Positions 25,276 through 39,352 are shown, numbered from the stretch's first letter. The stretch is 64,000 nt of DNA from Eledone cirrhosa (GCA_964016885.1 OZ024746.1:20150001-20214000); one strand, 5' to 3'. The notes: generated by a model from the letters alone, not told the origin. Program-made: numbers and translations.

Positions 25276-26738
25276 AAATCACAATACATTTCACACATCA
25301 CAATTCAGGTATTTTATACAAAATAACTACAAAATAACTATAAATTATCCACAACATATTTCACGACTTTTGTCCCACAATTTGCTAACAAACTAATGAG
25401 AGATCATGTATATGATTGAACTGGATTGAACTGAATTGATCTGGATTGATCTGAAGGTAAGTAACTACAACAACGGTTTTCAATGCGGAAACTGAATAAT
25501 CTTTGCAATTTTTTTTTATTTTACAGTTGAAAAAATACTTAGTATACGTATGAGTGAAGGTAGGAATGTAAATATTTCTGTATACCAGAGTCTTTAACAA
25601 AACAGCTATTCGTGGAATTCATCTTTTTAACCGTTTGTTATTCAGTTACAAACGACAGCTGATCAAATTCAGTAAATCTTAACATTGCATGCCAGGGGCT
25701 TCAGAGTTTCAAATCTCTCTTTGCCTTCTTTTTCTGACAGTTACTTTTAGCCTGTGACACATATTTCTTTTTCATATACTTTATCACGGAATTGCTCTCA
25801 GAATACAGAAAAAGTAAGACGAGACGTGATCTAAGGTTCGCTTGAAATGTCATGTTCTTTTATTCTTAAAAAATTAATGAAGCAAGCGGCCGAGAATTTT
25901 TTTTTTTTTTTTTTTTTTCGAGTATCTTCTTGGTGATTTCCTACAAAAGGATTTTCTGAATGAATATTCAACTGTCACTGCTATCTCAGATTACTATGTC
26001 TAACCTTTGTATAATCCATTCTAAATACGTCATTAGTTGGCATTCACTATATAGTATTACGTTTCAATATGTTATTGTCCTTATTTGTATGTATATTACA
26101 GGTGCTTGAAGTGGCCAATGTTAAGTTGTCGCAACCACCAAGGTTACGGTTCTTTATTTAAACATTTGGAAAAGGCCTAAATATCACAAAGATTCTAAAC
26201 AGGAAAAGATTATAATAATAGAATATTTGTATGATAGTTACAGGTTATATATAAAATTGAATGACTTCGTTTTCAAGACAAATTCAGTTTGGCGGGTCCA
26301 GTGCCCATTCCTATTAATCTATGATTGTATTACAATTTTAAAGCCGCTTTTGAAATTTTTGAAACTTTTGTCTATACTTTCTCTATAGTAAATATCAACA
26401 CAAAGCTCAACTACATTCGGGTGACTTCTGTACTAAGAACTTGTGCAGTTGGCAGTGTGATAAGAACCACAGACCTTTCAGTTAATAACCTAATCTCATA
26501 AACTGTAACCTAATATTATAGGTTCTATACAGGTTATATGAGTATATAGAAAAGAATACAATACACAATGACGTGTTTATTGATAATAAATATAATTATT
26601 CTCTTTATATATAAAGTTTGTTGTTGTTCATTTCAATAAGAAAACTTGATTTTCCAGCCTGCGGAAAACTAGCTCTCTCTCGCTCTCTTTCTATGTCTCT
26701 CTTTCAATCTACTCTCTCACAACCACTATCTATTTCTG

Positions 26739-26811
<73 letters not shown>

Positions 26812-28289
26812 TTATGGAGGTACCCGGAAAAACCCCGTATCTCGGGAACCTGTGCTCCAACTTACGTGAAACTTGTTTTATTCCATTTGTAGTCCCATTT
26901 CAAGGGCAACTTCCTTTCAAAGTATTTTCCCACTATGCGCCCTTTTGGCTGTATTAAATTACAGACAAGCACACAATCAAAGAATTTTAGTAGTATATAC
27001 ATACAGTCGTTCTTTTGAATCTTTGTCTTATTTATTTATGTAATCAATTTAAACGTCCGTATAGAGATAGTAAGCCATGGCAGACTATGGGAAGTATCTA
27101 GTACTTCTTACAGCTGAGAAACAAAAAACAAAATATACAGAGATAAGTGAATATAAAAATAAAATGTTTAATATTTAAATAGTGAAGGGCAACTGGAGGC
27201 ATTAATTATATTATAACTATCCTCAGAAATATCTTGGTACAGCGTTCGTATAAATCAAATATAATTCAGATTTTAGTTTGGTTTTATGTTTCACAATAAT
27301 GTTTCGGTCGTTGCCTTGGTGAACAATTCGAAAGTTTATACACATTTTTCTCACAGTATTAAGTTACAAACAACTTGATCGTTGTTCACGGTGAGTATAT
27401 ATCATGTTATAATAAATATAACTATTAGTCAATAGGTTTATATTATGTTTCTAGGAGTAGATGAAATTGAAACATAGACAGTTGTAAACAGATTAAATTG
27501 CAGCCATACAGTAACTTTAAAAAATATTTAACTATAAAAGGGACAAGCCCCGTATCACCGTATCTACCAAGGATCGGTTCATTCTTCTCCTCACCACTTT
27601 GACTATTTCCAAACTTAATTAATTGGATTTCTGGTTTATCAACACACACATATGAACAGGAATCCCCTGCATTACGAAAACTCACGTTCATGGAAATGGT
27701 GAAGTATGACCTCGAATGTTTTGGAATGTAGTCTGTCACAGGGAGTGTGTTTTACTATATTTTTCTGGTAATATTAGAACATACCCCACCCCAAATATAA
27801 CAAAATTTGTCATTCTGTTGTGACAGAAACTCGAATAAATCTTAACAATTTGAAGAAACGTATATGTATGTGTGTGCGCATGCGAGAGAGTTTGTATGTT
27901 TGTGTGAGTGTGTCTCAGTATTTGTGTGCTTATGTGTGTGTGTTTGTGCATGTGCGCATGTCTGTGTGTGTTGGTGTGTGTGTGTATATGTGTAAGTGTA
28001 TGTGCTTGTGTGTATATGTGTGTATGTGTGTGCATATGCCTGTATATGTGCCTGTGTGAGTGTCTGTGTGTATATGTGTGTGTGTATTTATGGCTGTGTG
28101 CACATGTGTGTTTGAATGTATGTGTCTGTTTGTATGTGTGTTTGTGCGTGTGTGTATGCATGTGTGTTTGTGTGTCTGTGCTTGTATATGTGTCTGTGTG
28201 TATATGTGAGAGAGAGAGATCCTACTTCCTCCTCCGGCCTTTTTTTGTATACACTAATTCAACTGATCTTGCTTACGACAAATCTACTC

Positions 28290-28720
28290 CCGCAACCACC
28301 CGCCACACACCTCACACCACCACCCACCACCCACCATCTCGCACCTCACACCACCACCTCCCACCGCCCACCTTCTCGCACCTCACACCTCACCCACCGC
28401 CCACCTTCTCGCACCTCACACCTCACCCACCGCCCACCTTCTCGCACCTCACACCTCACCCACCGCCCACCTTCTCGCACCTCACACCTCACCCACCGCC
28501 CACCTTCTCGCACCTCACACAACCACCCACCCACCACACGCCTTCTCGCACCTCACACCACACACCTTCTCACACTTCCCACCACCACCCTCCACCCACC
28601 ATCTCGCACCTCACACCACCACCCACCACACACCTTCTCACACTTCCCACCACCTACCTCACACCACCACCTACCTCACACCTCACACCACCACCTTCCA
28701 CCCACCATCTCGCACCTCAC
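28290..28720. repeat. C-rich 33-bp minisatellite (~4-5 clean copies, degenerate flanks)
   Basis: Unit cccaccgcccaccttctcgcacctcacacctca. Confidence 0.9.
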
Positions 28721-28777
28721 TTCTTGTTTTTGTGAAATGCACCAATGCAACTCATCCGATCTTTCAGCTACTATCTC

Positions 28778-31700
28778 TAGTCGTAGTTGTGGCTGTAGTG
28801 GCGGTTGTAGTAGTTGTGGCTGTAGTGGCGGTTGTAGTAGTTGTGGCTGTAGTGGCGGTTGTAGTAGTTGTGGCTGTAGTGGCGGTTGTAGTAGTTGTGG
28901 CTGTAGTGGCGGTTGTAGTAGTTGTGGCTGTAGTGGCGGTTGTAGTAGTTGTGGCTGTAGTGGCCGTTGTAGTAGTTGTGGCTGTAGTGGCCGTTGTAGT
29001 AGTTGTGGCTGTAGTGGCGGTTGTAGTAGTTGTGGCTGTAGTGGCGGTTGTAGTAGTTGTGGCTGTAGTGGCCGTTGTAGTAGTTGTGGCTGTAGTGGCC
29101 GTTGTAGTAGTTGTGGCTGTAGTGGCGGTTGTAGTAGTTGTGGCAGTAGTGGCCGTTGTAGTAGTTGTGGCTGTAGTGGCGGTTGTAGTAGTTGTGGCTG
29201 TAGTGGCCGTTGTAGTAGTTGTGGCTGTAGTGGCCGTTGTAGTAGTTGTGGCTGTAGTGGCGGTTGTAGTAGTTGTGGCTGTAGTGGCGGTTGTAGTAGT
29301 TGTGGCTGTAGTGGCCGTTGTAGTAGTTGTGGCTGTAGTGGCGGTTGTAGTAGTTGTGGCTGTAGTGGCCGTTTTAGTAGTTGTGGCTGTAGTGGCCGTT
29401 GTAGTAGTTGTGGCTGTAGTGGCGGTTGTAGTAGTTGTGGCTGTAGTGGCCGTTGTAGTAGTTGTGGCAGTAGTGGCGGTTGTAGTAGTTGTGGCTGTAG
29501 TGGCCGTTGTAGTAGTTGTGGCTGTAGTAGCCGTTGTAGTAGTTGTGGCTGTAGTGGCGGTTGTAGTAGTTGTGGCTGTAGTGGCCGTTGTAGTAGTTGT
29601 GGCAGTAATGGCCGTTGTAGTAGTTGTGGCAGTAGTGACCGTTGTAGTAGTTGTGGCTGTAGTGGCGGTTGTAGTAGTTGTGGCTGTAGTGGCGGTTGTA
29701 GTAGTTGTGGCTGTAGTGGCCGTTGTAGTAGTTGTGGCAGTAATGGCCGTTGTAGTAGTTGTGGCTGTAGTGGCCGTTGTAGTAGTTGTGGCTCTAGTGG
29801 CGGTTGTAGTAGTTGTGGCTGTAGTGGCGGTTGTAGTAGTTGTGGCTGTAGTGGCCGTTGTAGTAGTTGTGGCTGTAGTGACCGTTGTAGTAGTTGTGGC
29901 TGTAGTGGCCGTTGTAGTAGTTGTGGCAGTAATGGCCGTTGTAGTAGTTGTGGCTGTAGTGGCCGTTGTAGTAGTTGTGGCTCCAGTGGCGGTTGTAGTA
30001 GTTGTGGCTGTAGTAGCCGTTGTAGTAGTTGTGGCAGTAGTGGCCGTTGTAGTAGTTGTGGCTGTAGTGGCCGTTGTAGTAGTTGTGGCTCCAGTGGCGG
30101 TTGTAGTAGTTGTGGCTGTAGTAGCCGTTGTAGTAGTTGTGGCAGTAGTGGCCGTTGTAGTAGTTGTGGCTGTAGTGGCGGTTGTAGTAGTTGTGGCTGT
30201 AGTGGCCGTTGTAGTAGTTGTGGCTCCAGTGGCGGTTGTAGTAGTTGTGGCTGTAGTAGCCGTTGTAGTAGTTGTGGCAGTAGTGGCCGTTGTAGTAGTT
30301 GTGGCTGTAGTGGCCGTTGTAGTAGTTGTGGCTCCAGTGGCGGTTGTAGTAGTTGTGGCTGTAGTAGCCGTTGTAGTAGTTGTGGCAGTAGTGGCCGTTG
30401 TAGTAGTTGTGGCTGTAGTGGCGGTTGTAGTAGTTGTGGCTGTAGTGGCCGTTGTAGTAGTTGTGGCAGTAGTGACCGTTGTAGTAGTTGTGGCTGTAGT
30501 GGCGGTTGTAGTAGTTGTGGCTGTAGTGGCCGTTGTAGTAGTTTTGGCTGTAGTGGCGGTTGTAGTAGCTGTGGCAGTAGTGGCCGTTGTAGTAGTTGTG
30601 GCTGTAGTGGCCGTTGTAGTAGTTGTGGCAGTAGTGGCCATTGTAGTAGTTGTGGCTGTAGTGGCCGTTGTAGTAGTTGTGGCAGTAGTGGCCGTTGTAG
30701 TAGTTGTGGCTGTAGTGGCCGTTGTAGTAGTTGTGGCAGTAGTGGCCGTTGTAGTAGTTGTGGCTGTAGTGGCGGTTGTAGTAGTTGTGGCTGTAGTGGC
30801 CGTTGTAGTAGTTGTGGCTGTAGTGGCCGTTGTAGTAGTTGTGGCTGTAGTGGCCGTTGTAGTAGTTGTGGCTGTAGTAGCGGTTGTAGTAGTTGTGGCT
30901 GTAGTGGCCGTTGTAGTAGTTGTGGCTGTAGTGGCGGTTGTAGTAGTTGTGGCTGTAGTGGCGGTTGTAGTAGTTGTGGCTGTAGTGGCGGTTGTAGTAG
31001 TTGTGGCTGTAGTGGCCGTTGTAGTAGTTGTGGCTGTAGTGGCTGTTGTAGTAGTTGTGGCTGTAGTGGCGGTTGTAGTAGTTGTGGCTGTAGTGGCCGT
31101 TGTAGTAGTTGTGGCAGTAGTGGCCGTTGTAGTAGTTGTGGCTGTAGTGGCCGTTGTAGTAGTTGTGGCTGTAGTGGCGGTTGTAGTAGTTGTGGCTGTA
31201 GTGGCGGTTGTAGTAGTTGTGGCTGTAGTGGCCGTTGTAGTATTGTGGCTGTAGTGGCGGTTGTAGTAGCTGTGGCTGTAGTGGCCGTTGTAGTAGTTGT
31301 GGCAGTAGTGGCGGTTGTAGTAGTTGTGGCTGTAGTGGTCGTTGTAGTAGTTGTGGCAGTAGTGGCGGTTGTAGTAGTTGTGGCTGTAGTGGCCGTTCTA
31401 GTAGTTGTGGCTGTAGTGGCCGTTGTAGTAGTTGTGGCTGTAGTAGCCGTTGTAGAAGTTGTGGCTGTAGTGGCCGTTGTAGTAGTTGTGGCTGTAGTGG
31501 CCGTTGTAGTAGTTGTGGCAGTAGTGGCCGTTGTAGTAGTTGTGGCTGTAGTGGCGGTTGTAGTAGTTGTGGCTGTAGTGGCCGTTGTAGTAGTTGTGGC
31601 AGTAGTGGCCGTTGTAGTAGTTGTGGCTGTAGTGGCCGTTGTAGTAGTTGTGGCTCTAGTGGCGGTTGTAGTAGTTGTGGCTGTAGTGGCGGTTGTAGTA

Positions 31701-34700
31701 GTTGTGGCTGTAGTGGCCGTTGTAGTAGTTGTGGCTGTAGTGACCGTTGTAGTAGTTGTGGCTGTAGTGGCCGTTGTAGTAGTTGTGGCAGTAATGGCCG
31801 TTGTAGTAGTTGTGGCTGTAGTGGCCGTTGTAGTAGTTGTGGCTCCAGTGGCGGTTGTAGTAGTTGTGGCTGTAGTAGCCGTTGTAGTAGTTGTGGCAGT
31901 AGTGGCCGTTGTAGTAGTTGTGGCTGTAGTGGCCGTTGTAGTAGTTGTGGCTCCAGTGGCGGTTGTAGTAGTTGTGGCTGTAGTAGCCGTTGTAGTAGTT
32001 GTGGCAGTAGTGGCCGTTGTAGTAGTTGTGGCTGTAGTGGCGGTTGTAGTAGTTGTGGCTGTAGTGGCCGTTGTAGTAGTTGTGGCTCCAGTGGCGGTTG
32101 TAGTAGTTGTGGCTGTAGTAGCCGTTGTAGTAGTTGTGGCAGTAGTGGCCGTTGTAGTAGTTGTGGCTGTAGTGGCCGTTGTAGTAGTTGTGGCTCCAGT
32201 GGCGGTTGTAGTAGTTGTGGCTGTAGTAGCCGTTGTAGTAGTTGTGGCAGTAGTGGCCGTTGTAGTAGTTGTGGCTGTAGTGGCGGTTGTAGTAGTTGTG
32301 GCTGTAGTGGCCGTTGTAGTAGTTGTGGCTCCAGTGGCGGTTGTAGTAGTTGTGGCTGTAGTAGCCGTTGTAGTAGTTGTGGCAGTAGTGGCCGTTGTAG
32401 TAGTTGTGGCTGTAGTGGCCGTTGTAGTAGTTGTGGCTCCAGTGGCGGTTGTAGTAGTTGTGGCTGTAGTAGCCGTTGTAGTAGTTGTGGCAGTAGTGGC
32501 CGTTGTAGTAGTTGTGGCTGTAGTGGCGGTTGTAGTAGTTGTGGCTGTAGTGGCCGTTGTAGTAGTTGTGGCAGTAGTGACCGTTGTAGTAGTTGTGGCT
32601 GTAGTGGCGGTTGTAGTAGTTGTGGCTGTAGTGGCCGTTGTAGTAGTTTTGGCTGTAGTGGCGGTTGTAGTAGCTGTGGCAGTAGTGGCCGTTGTAGTAG
32701 TTGTGGCTGTAGTGGCCGTTGTAGTAGTTGTGGCAGTAGTGGCCATTGTAGTAGTTGTGGCTGTAGTGGCCGTTGTAGTAGTTGTGGCAGTAGTGGCCGT
32801 TGTAGTAGTTGTGGCTGTAGTGGCCGTTGTAGTAGTTGTGGCAGTAGTGGCCGTTGTAGTAGTTGTGGCTGTAGTGGCGGTTGTAGTAGTTGTGGCTGTA
32901 GTGGCCGTTGTAGTAGTTGTGGCTGTAGTGGCCGTTGTAGTAGTTGTGGCTGTAGTGGCCGTTGTAGTAGTTGTGGCTGTAGTAGCGGTTGTAGTAGTTG
33001 TGGCTGTAGTGGCCGTTGTAGTAGTTGTGGCTGTAGTGGCGGTTGTAGTAGTTGTGGCTGTAGTGGCGGTTGTAGTAGTTGTGGCTGTAGTGGCGGTTGT
33101 AGTAGTTGTGGCTGTAGTGGCCGTTGTAGTAGTTGTGGCTGTAGTGGCTGTTGTAGTAGTTGTGGCTGTAGTGGCGGTTGTAGTAGTTGTGGCTGTAGTG
33201 GCCGTTGTAGTAGTTGTGGCAGTAGTGGCCGTTGTAGTAGTTGTGGCTGTAGTGGCCGTTGTAGTAGTTGTGGCTGTAGTGGCGGTTGTAGTAGTTGTGG
33301 CTGTAGTGGCGGTTGTAGTAGTTGTGGCTGTAGTGGCCGTTGTAGTATTGTGGCTGTAGTGGCGGTTGTAGTAGCTGTGGCTGTAGTGGCCGTTGTAGTA
33401 GTTGTGGCAGTAGTGGCGGTTGTAGTAGTTGTGGCTGTAGTGGTCGTTGTAGTAGTTGTGGCAGTAGTGGCGGTTGTAGTAGTTGTGGCTGTAGTGGCCG
33501 TTCTAGTAGTTGTGGCTGTAGTGGCCGTTGTAGTAGTTGTGGCTGTAGTAGCCGTTGTAGAAGTTGTGGCTGTAGTGGCCGTTGTAGTAGTTGTGGCTGT
33601 AGTGGCCGTTGTAGTAGTTGTGGCAGTAGTGGCCGTTGTAGTAGTTGTGGCTGTAGTGGCGGTTGTAGTAGTTGTGGCTGTAGTGGCCGTTGTAGTAGTT
33701 GTGGCAGTAGTGGCCGTTATAGTAGTTGTGGCTGTAGTGGCGGTTCTAGTAGTTGTGGCTGTAGTGGCCGTTGTAGTAGTTGTGGCTGTAGTGACCGTTG
33801 TAGTAGTTGTGGCTGTAGTGGCCGTTGTAGTAGTTGTGGCAGTAGTGGCCGTTGTAGTAGTTGTAGCTGTAGTGGCCGTTGTAGTAGTTGTGGCTGTAGT
33901 GGCGGTTGTAGTAGTTGTGGCTGTAGTGGTGGTTGTAGTAGTTGTGGCAGTAGTGGCCGTTCTAGTAGTTGTGGCTGTAGTGGCCGTTGTAGTAGTTGTG
34001 GCTGTAGTGGCCGTTGTAGTAGTTGCGGCTGTAGTGGCGGTTCTAGTAGTTGTGGCTGTAGTGGCCGTTGTAGTAGTTGTGGCTGTAGTGGCGGTTCTAG
34101 TAGTTGTGGCTGTAGTGGCGGTTGTAGTAGTTGTGGCTGTAGTGGCCGTTGTAGTAGTTGTGGCTGTAGTGGCGGTTGTAGTAGTTGTGGCTGTAGTGGC
34201 CGTTGTAGTAGTTGTGGCTGTAGTGGCCGTTGTAGTAGTTGTGGCTGTAGTGGCGGTTGTAGTAGTTGTGGCTGTAGTGGCCGTTGTAGTAGTTGTGGCT
34301 GTAGTGACTGTTGTAGTAGTTGTGGCTGTAGTGGCCGTTGTAGTAGTTGTGGCAGTAGTGGCCGTTGTAGTAGTTGTGGCTGTAGTGGCCGTTGTAGTAG
34401 CTGTGGCTGTAGTGGCGGTTGTTGTAGTTGTGGCTGTAGTGGCGGTTGTAGTAGTTGTGGCAGTAGTGGCCGTTCTAGTAGTTGTGGCTGTAGTGGCCGT
34501 TGTAGTAATTGTGTCTGTAGTGGCGGTTGTAGTAGTTGTGGATGTAGTGGCGGTTGTAGTAGTTGTGGATGTAGTGGCGGTTGTAGTAGTTGTGGCTGTA
34601 GTGGCCGTTGTAGTAGTTGTGGCTGTAGTGGCCGTTGTAGTAGTTGTGGCTGTAGTGGCCGTTGTAGTAGTTGTGGCTGTAGTGGCCGTTGTAGTAGTTG

Positions 34701-37700
34701 TGGCTGTAGTGGCGGTTGTAGTAGTTGTGGCTGTAGTGGCCGTTGTAGTAGTTGTGGCTATAGTGGCAGTTGTAGTAGCTGTGGCTGTAGTGGCGGTTGT
34801 AGTAGTTGTGGCTGTAGTGGCCGTTGTAGTAGTTGTGGCTGTAGTGGCCGTTGTAGTAGTTGTGGCTGTAGTGGCGGTTGTAGTAGTTGTGGCTGTAGTG
34901 GCCGTTGTAGTAGTTGTGGCTGTAGTGGCGGTTGTAGTAGCTGTGGCTGTAGTGGCGGTTGTAGTAGTTATGGCTGTATTGGCCGTTGTAGTAGTTGTGG
35001 CTGTAGTGGCCGTTGTAGTAGTTGTGGCAGTAGTGGCCGTTGTAGTAGTTGTGGCAGTAGTGGCCGTTGTAGTAGTTGTGGCTGTAGTGGCGGTTGTAGT
35101 AGTTGTGGCTGTAGTGGCGGTTGTAGTAGTTGTGGCAGTAGTGGCCGTTGTAGTAGTTGTGGCTGTAGTGGCCGTTGTAGTAGTTGTGGCAGTAATGGCC
35201 GTTGTAGTAGTTGTGGCTGTAGTGGCCGTTGTAGTAGTTGTGGCTGTAGTGGCCGTTGTAGTAATTGTGGCTGTAGTAGCCGTTGTAGTAGTTGTGGCTG
35301 TAGTAGCCGTTGTAGTAGTTGTGGCTGTAGTGGCCGTTGTAGTAGTTGTGGCTGTAGTGGCCGTTGTAGTAGTTGTGGCTGTAGTGGCCGTTGTAGTAGT
35401 TGTGGCTGTAGTGGCGGTTGTAGTAGTTGTGGCTGTAGTGGCCGTTGTAGTAGTTGTGGCTGTAGTGGCGGTTGTAGTAGTTGTGGCTGTAGTGGCCGTT
35501 TTAGTAGTTGTGGCTGTAGTGGCCGTTGTAGTAGTTGTGGCTGTAGTGGCGGTTGTAGTAGTTGTGGCTGTAGTGGCCGTTGTAGTAGTTGTGGCAGTAG
35601 TGGCGGTTGTAGTAGTTGTGGCTGTAGTAGCCGTTGTAGTAGTTGTGGCTGTAGTGGCGGTTGTAGTAGTTGTGGCTGTAGTGGCGGTTGTAGTAGTTGT
35701 GGCTGTAGTGGCCGTTGTAGTAGTTGTGGCAGTAATGGCCGTTGTAGTAGTTGTGGCAGTAGTGACCGTTGTAGTAGTTGTGGCTGTAGTGGCGGTTGTA
35801 GTAGTTGTGGCTGTAGTGGCGGTTGTAGTAGTTGTGGCTGTAGTGGCCGTTGTAGTAGTTGTGGCAGTAATGGCCGTTGTAGTAGTTGTGGCTGTAGTGG
35901 CCGTTGTAGTAGTTGTGGCTCTAGTGGCGGTTGTAGTGGTTGTGGCTGTAGTGGCGGTTGTAGTAGTTGTGGCTGTAGTGGCCGTTGTAGTAGTTGTGGC
36001 AGTAATGGCCGTTGTAGTAGTTGTGGCTGTAGTGGCCGTTGTAGTAGTTGTGGCTCCAGTGGCGGTTGTAGTAGTTGTGGCTGTAGTAGCCGTTGTAGTA
36101 GTTGTGGCAGTAGTGGCCGTTGTAGTAGTTGTGGCTGTAGTGGCGGTTGTAGTAGTTGTGGCTGTAGTGGCCGTTGTAGTAGTTGTGGCAGTAGTGACCG
36201 TTGTAGTAGTTGTGGCTGTAGTGGCGGTTGTAGTAGTTGTGGCTGTAGTGGCCGTTGTAGTAGTTTTGGCTGTAGTGGCGGTTGTAGTAGCTGTGGCAGT
36301 AGTGGCCGTTGTAGTAGTTGTGGCTGTAGTGGCCGTTGTAGTAGTTGTGGCAGTAGTGGCCGTTGTAGTAGTTGTGGCTGTAGTGGCCGTTGTAGTAGTT
36401 GTGGCTGTAGTGGCCGTTGTAGTAGTTGTGGCTGTAGTGGCCTTTGTAGTAGTTGTGGCCGTTGTAGTAGTTGTGGCTGTAGTAGCGGTTGTAGTAGTTG
36501 TGGCTGTAGTGGCCGTTGTAGTAGTTGTGGCTGTAGTGGCGGTTGTAGTAGTTGTGGCTGTAGTGGCGGTTGTAGTAGTTGTGGCTGTAGTAGCGGTTGT
36601 AGTAGTTGTGGCTGTAGTAGCGGTTGTAGTAGTTGTGGCTGTAGTGGCCGTTGTAGTAGTTGTGGCTGTAGTGGCGGTTGTAGTAGTTGTGGCTGTAGTG
36701 GCGGTTGTAGTAGTTGTGGCTGTAGTAGCGGTTGTAGTAGTTGTGGCTGTAGTGGCCGTTGTAGTAGTTGTGGCTGTAGTGGCCGTTGTAGTAGTTGTGG
36801 CTGTAGTGGCCGTTGTAGTAGTTGTGGCTGTAGTAGCGGTTGTAGTAGTTGTGGCTGTAGTGGCCGTTGTAGTAGTTGTGGCTGTAGTGGCCGTTGTAGT
36901 AGTTGTGGCTGTAGTGGCGGTTGTAGTAGTTGTGGCTGTAGTGGCGGTTGTAGTAGTTGTGGCTGTAGTGGCCGTTGTAGTAGTTGTGGCTGTAGTGGCT
37001 GTTGTAGTAGTTGTGGCTGTAGTGGCGGTTGTAGTAATTGTGGCTGTAGTGGCCGTTGTAGTAGTTGTGGCAGTAGTGGCCGTTGTAGTAGTTGTGGCTG
37101 TAGTTGCCGTTGTAGTAGTTGTGGCTGTAGTGACGGTTGTAGTAGTTGTGGCTGTAGTGGCGGTTGTAGTAGTTGTGGCTGTAGTGGCCGTTGTAGTATT
37201 GTGGCTGTAGTGGCGGTTGTAGTAGCTGTGGCTGTAGTGGCCGTTGTAGTAGTTGTGGCAGTAGTGGCGGTTGTAGTAGTTGTGGCTGTAGTGGCCGTTG
37301 TAGTAGTTGTGGCTGTAGTGGCCGTTGTAGTAGTTGTGGCTGTAGTGGCGGTTGTAGTAGTTGTGGCTGTAGTGGCGGTTGTAGTAGTTGTGGCTGTAGT
37401 GGCCGTTGTAGTAGTTGTGGCTGTAGTGGCCGTTGTAGTAATTGTGGCTGTAGTGACCGTTGTAGTAGTTGTGGCTGTAGTGGCCGTTGTAGTAGTTGTG
37501 GCTGTAGTGGCCGTTGTAGTAGTTGTGGCTGTAGTGGCGGTTCTAGTAGTTGTGGCTGTAGTGGCCGTTGTAGTAGTTGTGGCTGTAGTGGCCGTTGTAG
37601 TAGTTGTGGCTGTAGTGGCGGTTCTAGTAGTTGTGGCTGTAGTGGCGGTTGTAGTAGTTGTGGCTGTAGTGGCGGTTGTAGTAGTTGTGGCTGTAGTGGC

Positions 37701-39352
37701 GGTTCTAGTAGTTGTGGCTGTAGTGGCCGTTGTAGTAGTTGTGGCTGTAGTGGCGGTTCTAGTAGTTGTGGCTGTAGTGGCCGTTGTAGTAGTTGTGGCT
37801 GTAGTGGCGGTTGTAGTAGTTGTGGCTGTAGTGGCCGTTGTAGTAGTTGTGGCAGTAGTGGCCGTTGTAGTAGTTGTGGCTGTAGTGGCCGTTGTAGTAG
37901 TTGTGGCTGTAGTGGCGGTTGTAGTAGTTGTGGCAGTAGTTGCCGTTCTAGTAGTTGTGGCTGTAGTGGCCGTTGTAGTAGTTGTGGCTGTAGTGGCCGT
38001 TGTAGTAGTTGTGGCTGTAGTGGCGGTTGTAGTAGTTGTGGCTGTAGTGGCCGTTGTAGTAGTTGTGGCTATAGTGGCGGTTGTAGTAGTTGTGGCTGTA
38101 GTGGCGGTTGTAGTAGTTGTGGCTGTAGTGGCCGTTGTAGTAGTTGTGGCTGTAGTGGCGGTTGTAGTAGTTGTGGCTGTAGTGGCGGTTGTAGTAGTTG
38201 TGGCTGTAGTGGCCGTTGTAGTAGTTGTGGCTGTAGTGGCGGTTGTAGTAGCTGTGGCTGTAGTGGCGGTTGTAATAGTTGTGGCTGTAGTGGCGGTTGT
38301 AGTAGTTGTGGATGTAGTGGCGGTTGTAGTAGTTGTGGCTGTAGTGACGGTTGTAGTAGTTTTGGCTGTAGTGGCGGTTGTAGTAGTTGTGGCTGTAGTG
38401 GCCGTTGTAGTAGTTGTGGCTGTAGTGGCCGTTGTAGTAGTTGTGGCTGTAGTGGCGGTTGTAGTAGTTGTGGCTGTAGTGGCGGTTGTAGTAGTTGTGG
38501 CTGTAGTGACGGTTGTAGTAGTTGTGGCTGTAGTGGCGGTTGTAGTAGTTGTGGCTGTAGTGGCCGTTGTAGTAGTTGTGGCTGTAGTGGCCGTTGTAGT
38601 AGTTGTGGCTGTAGTGGCCGTTGTAGTAGTTGTGGCTGTAGTGGCGGTTGTAGTAGTTGTGGCTGTAGTGGCCGTTGTAGTAGTTGTGGCTGTAGTGGCC
38701 GTTGTAGTAGTTGTGGCAGTAGTGGCCGTTGTAGTAGTTGTGGCTGTAGTGGCGGTTGTAGTAGTTGTGGCTGTAGTGGCCGTTGTAGTAGTTGTGGCTG
38801 TAGTGGCCGTTGTAGTAGTTGTGGCAGTAGTGGCCGTTGTAGTAGTTGTGGCTGTAGTGGCGGTTGTAGTAGTTGTGGCAGTAGTGGCCGTTGTAGTAGT
38901 TGTGGCTGTAGTGGCCGTTGTAGTAGTTGTGGCTGTAGTGGCCGTTGTAGTAGTTGTGGCTGTAGTGGCCGTTGTAGTAGTTGTGGCTGTAGTGGCCGTT
39001 GTAGTAGTTGTGGCTGTAGTGGCGGTTGTAGTAGTTGTGGCAGTCGTGGCGGTTGTAGTAGTTGTGGCTGTAGTGGCCGTTGTAGTAGTTGTGGCTGTAG
39101 TGGCGGTTGTAGTAGTTGTGGCTGTAGTGGCCGTTGTAGTAGTTGTGGCTGTAGTGGCGGTTGTAGTAGTTGTGGCAGTCGTGGCGGTTGTAGTAGTTGT
39201 GGCTGTAGTGGCCGTTGTAGTAGTTGTGGCTGTAGTGGCCGTTGTAGTAGTTGTGGCTGTAGTGGCCGTTGTAGTAGTTGTGGCTGTAGTGGCCGTTGTA
39301 GTAGTTGTGGCTGTAGTGGCCGTTGTAGTAGTTGTGGCTGTAGTGGCCGTTG
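28778..39352. repeat. 27-bp satellite array, ~390 units
   Basis: Unit gttgtagtagttgtggc(t/a)gtagtggc(c/g), continuous for 10.6 kb. Confidence 0.99.

Noticed and set aside
28116-33359. 1747-aa Cys/Ser/Gly-rich ORF resembling metallothionein or keratin-associated proteins
   Set aside because: Five of six frames of the 27-bp unit are stop-free, so length is uninformative; it begins in a (TG)-rich tract and frameshifts into poly-Val/Ala
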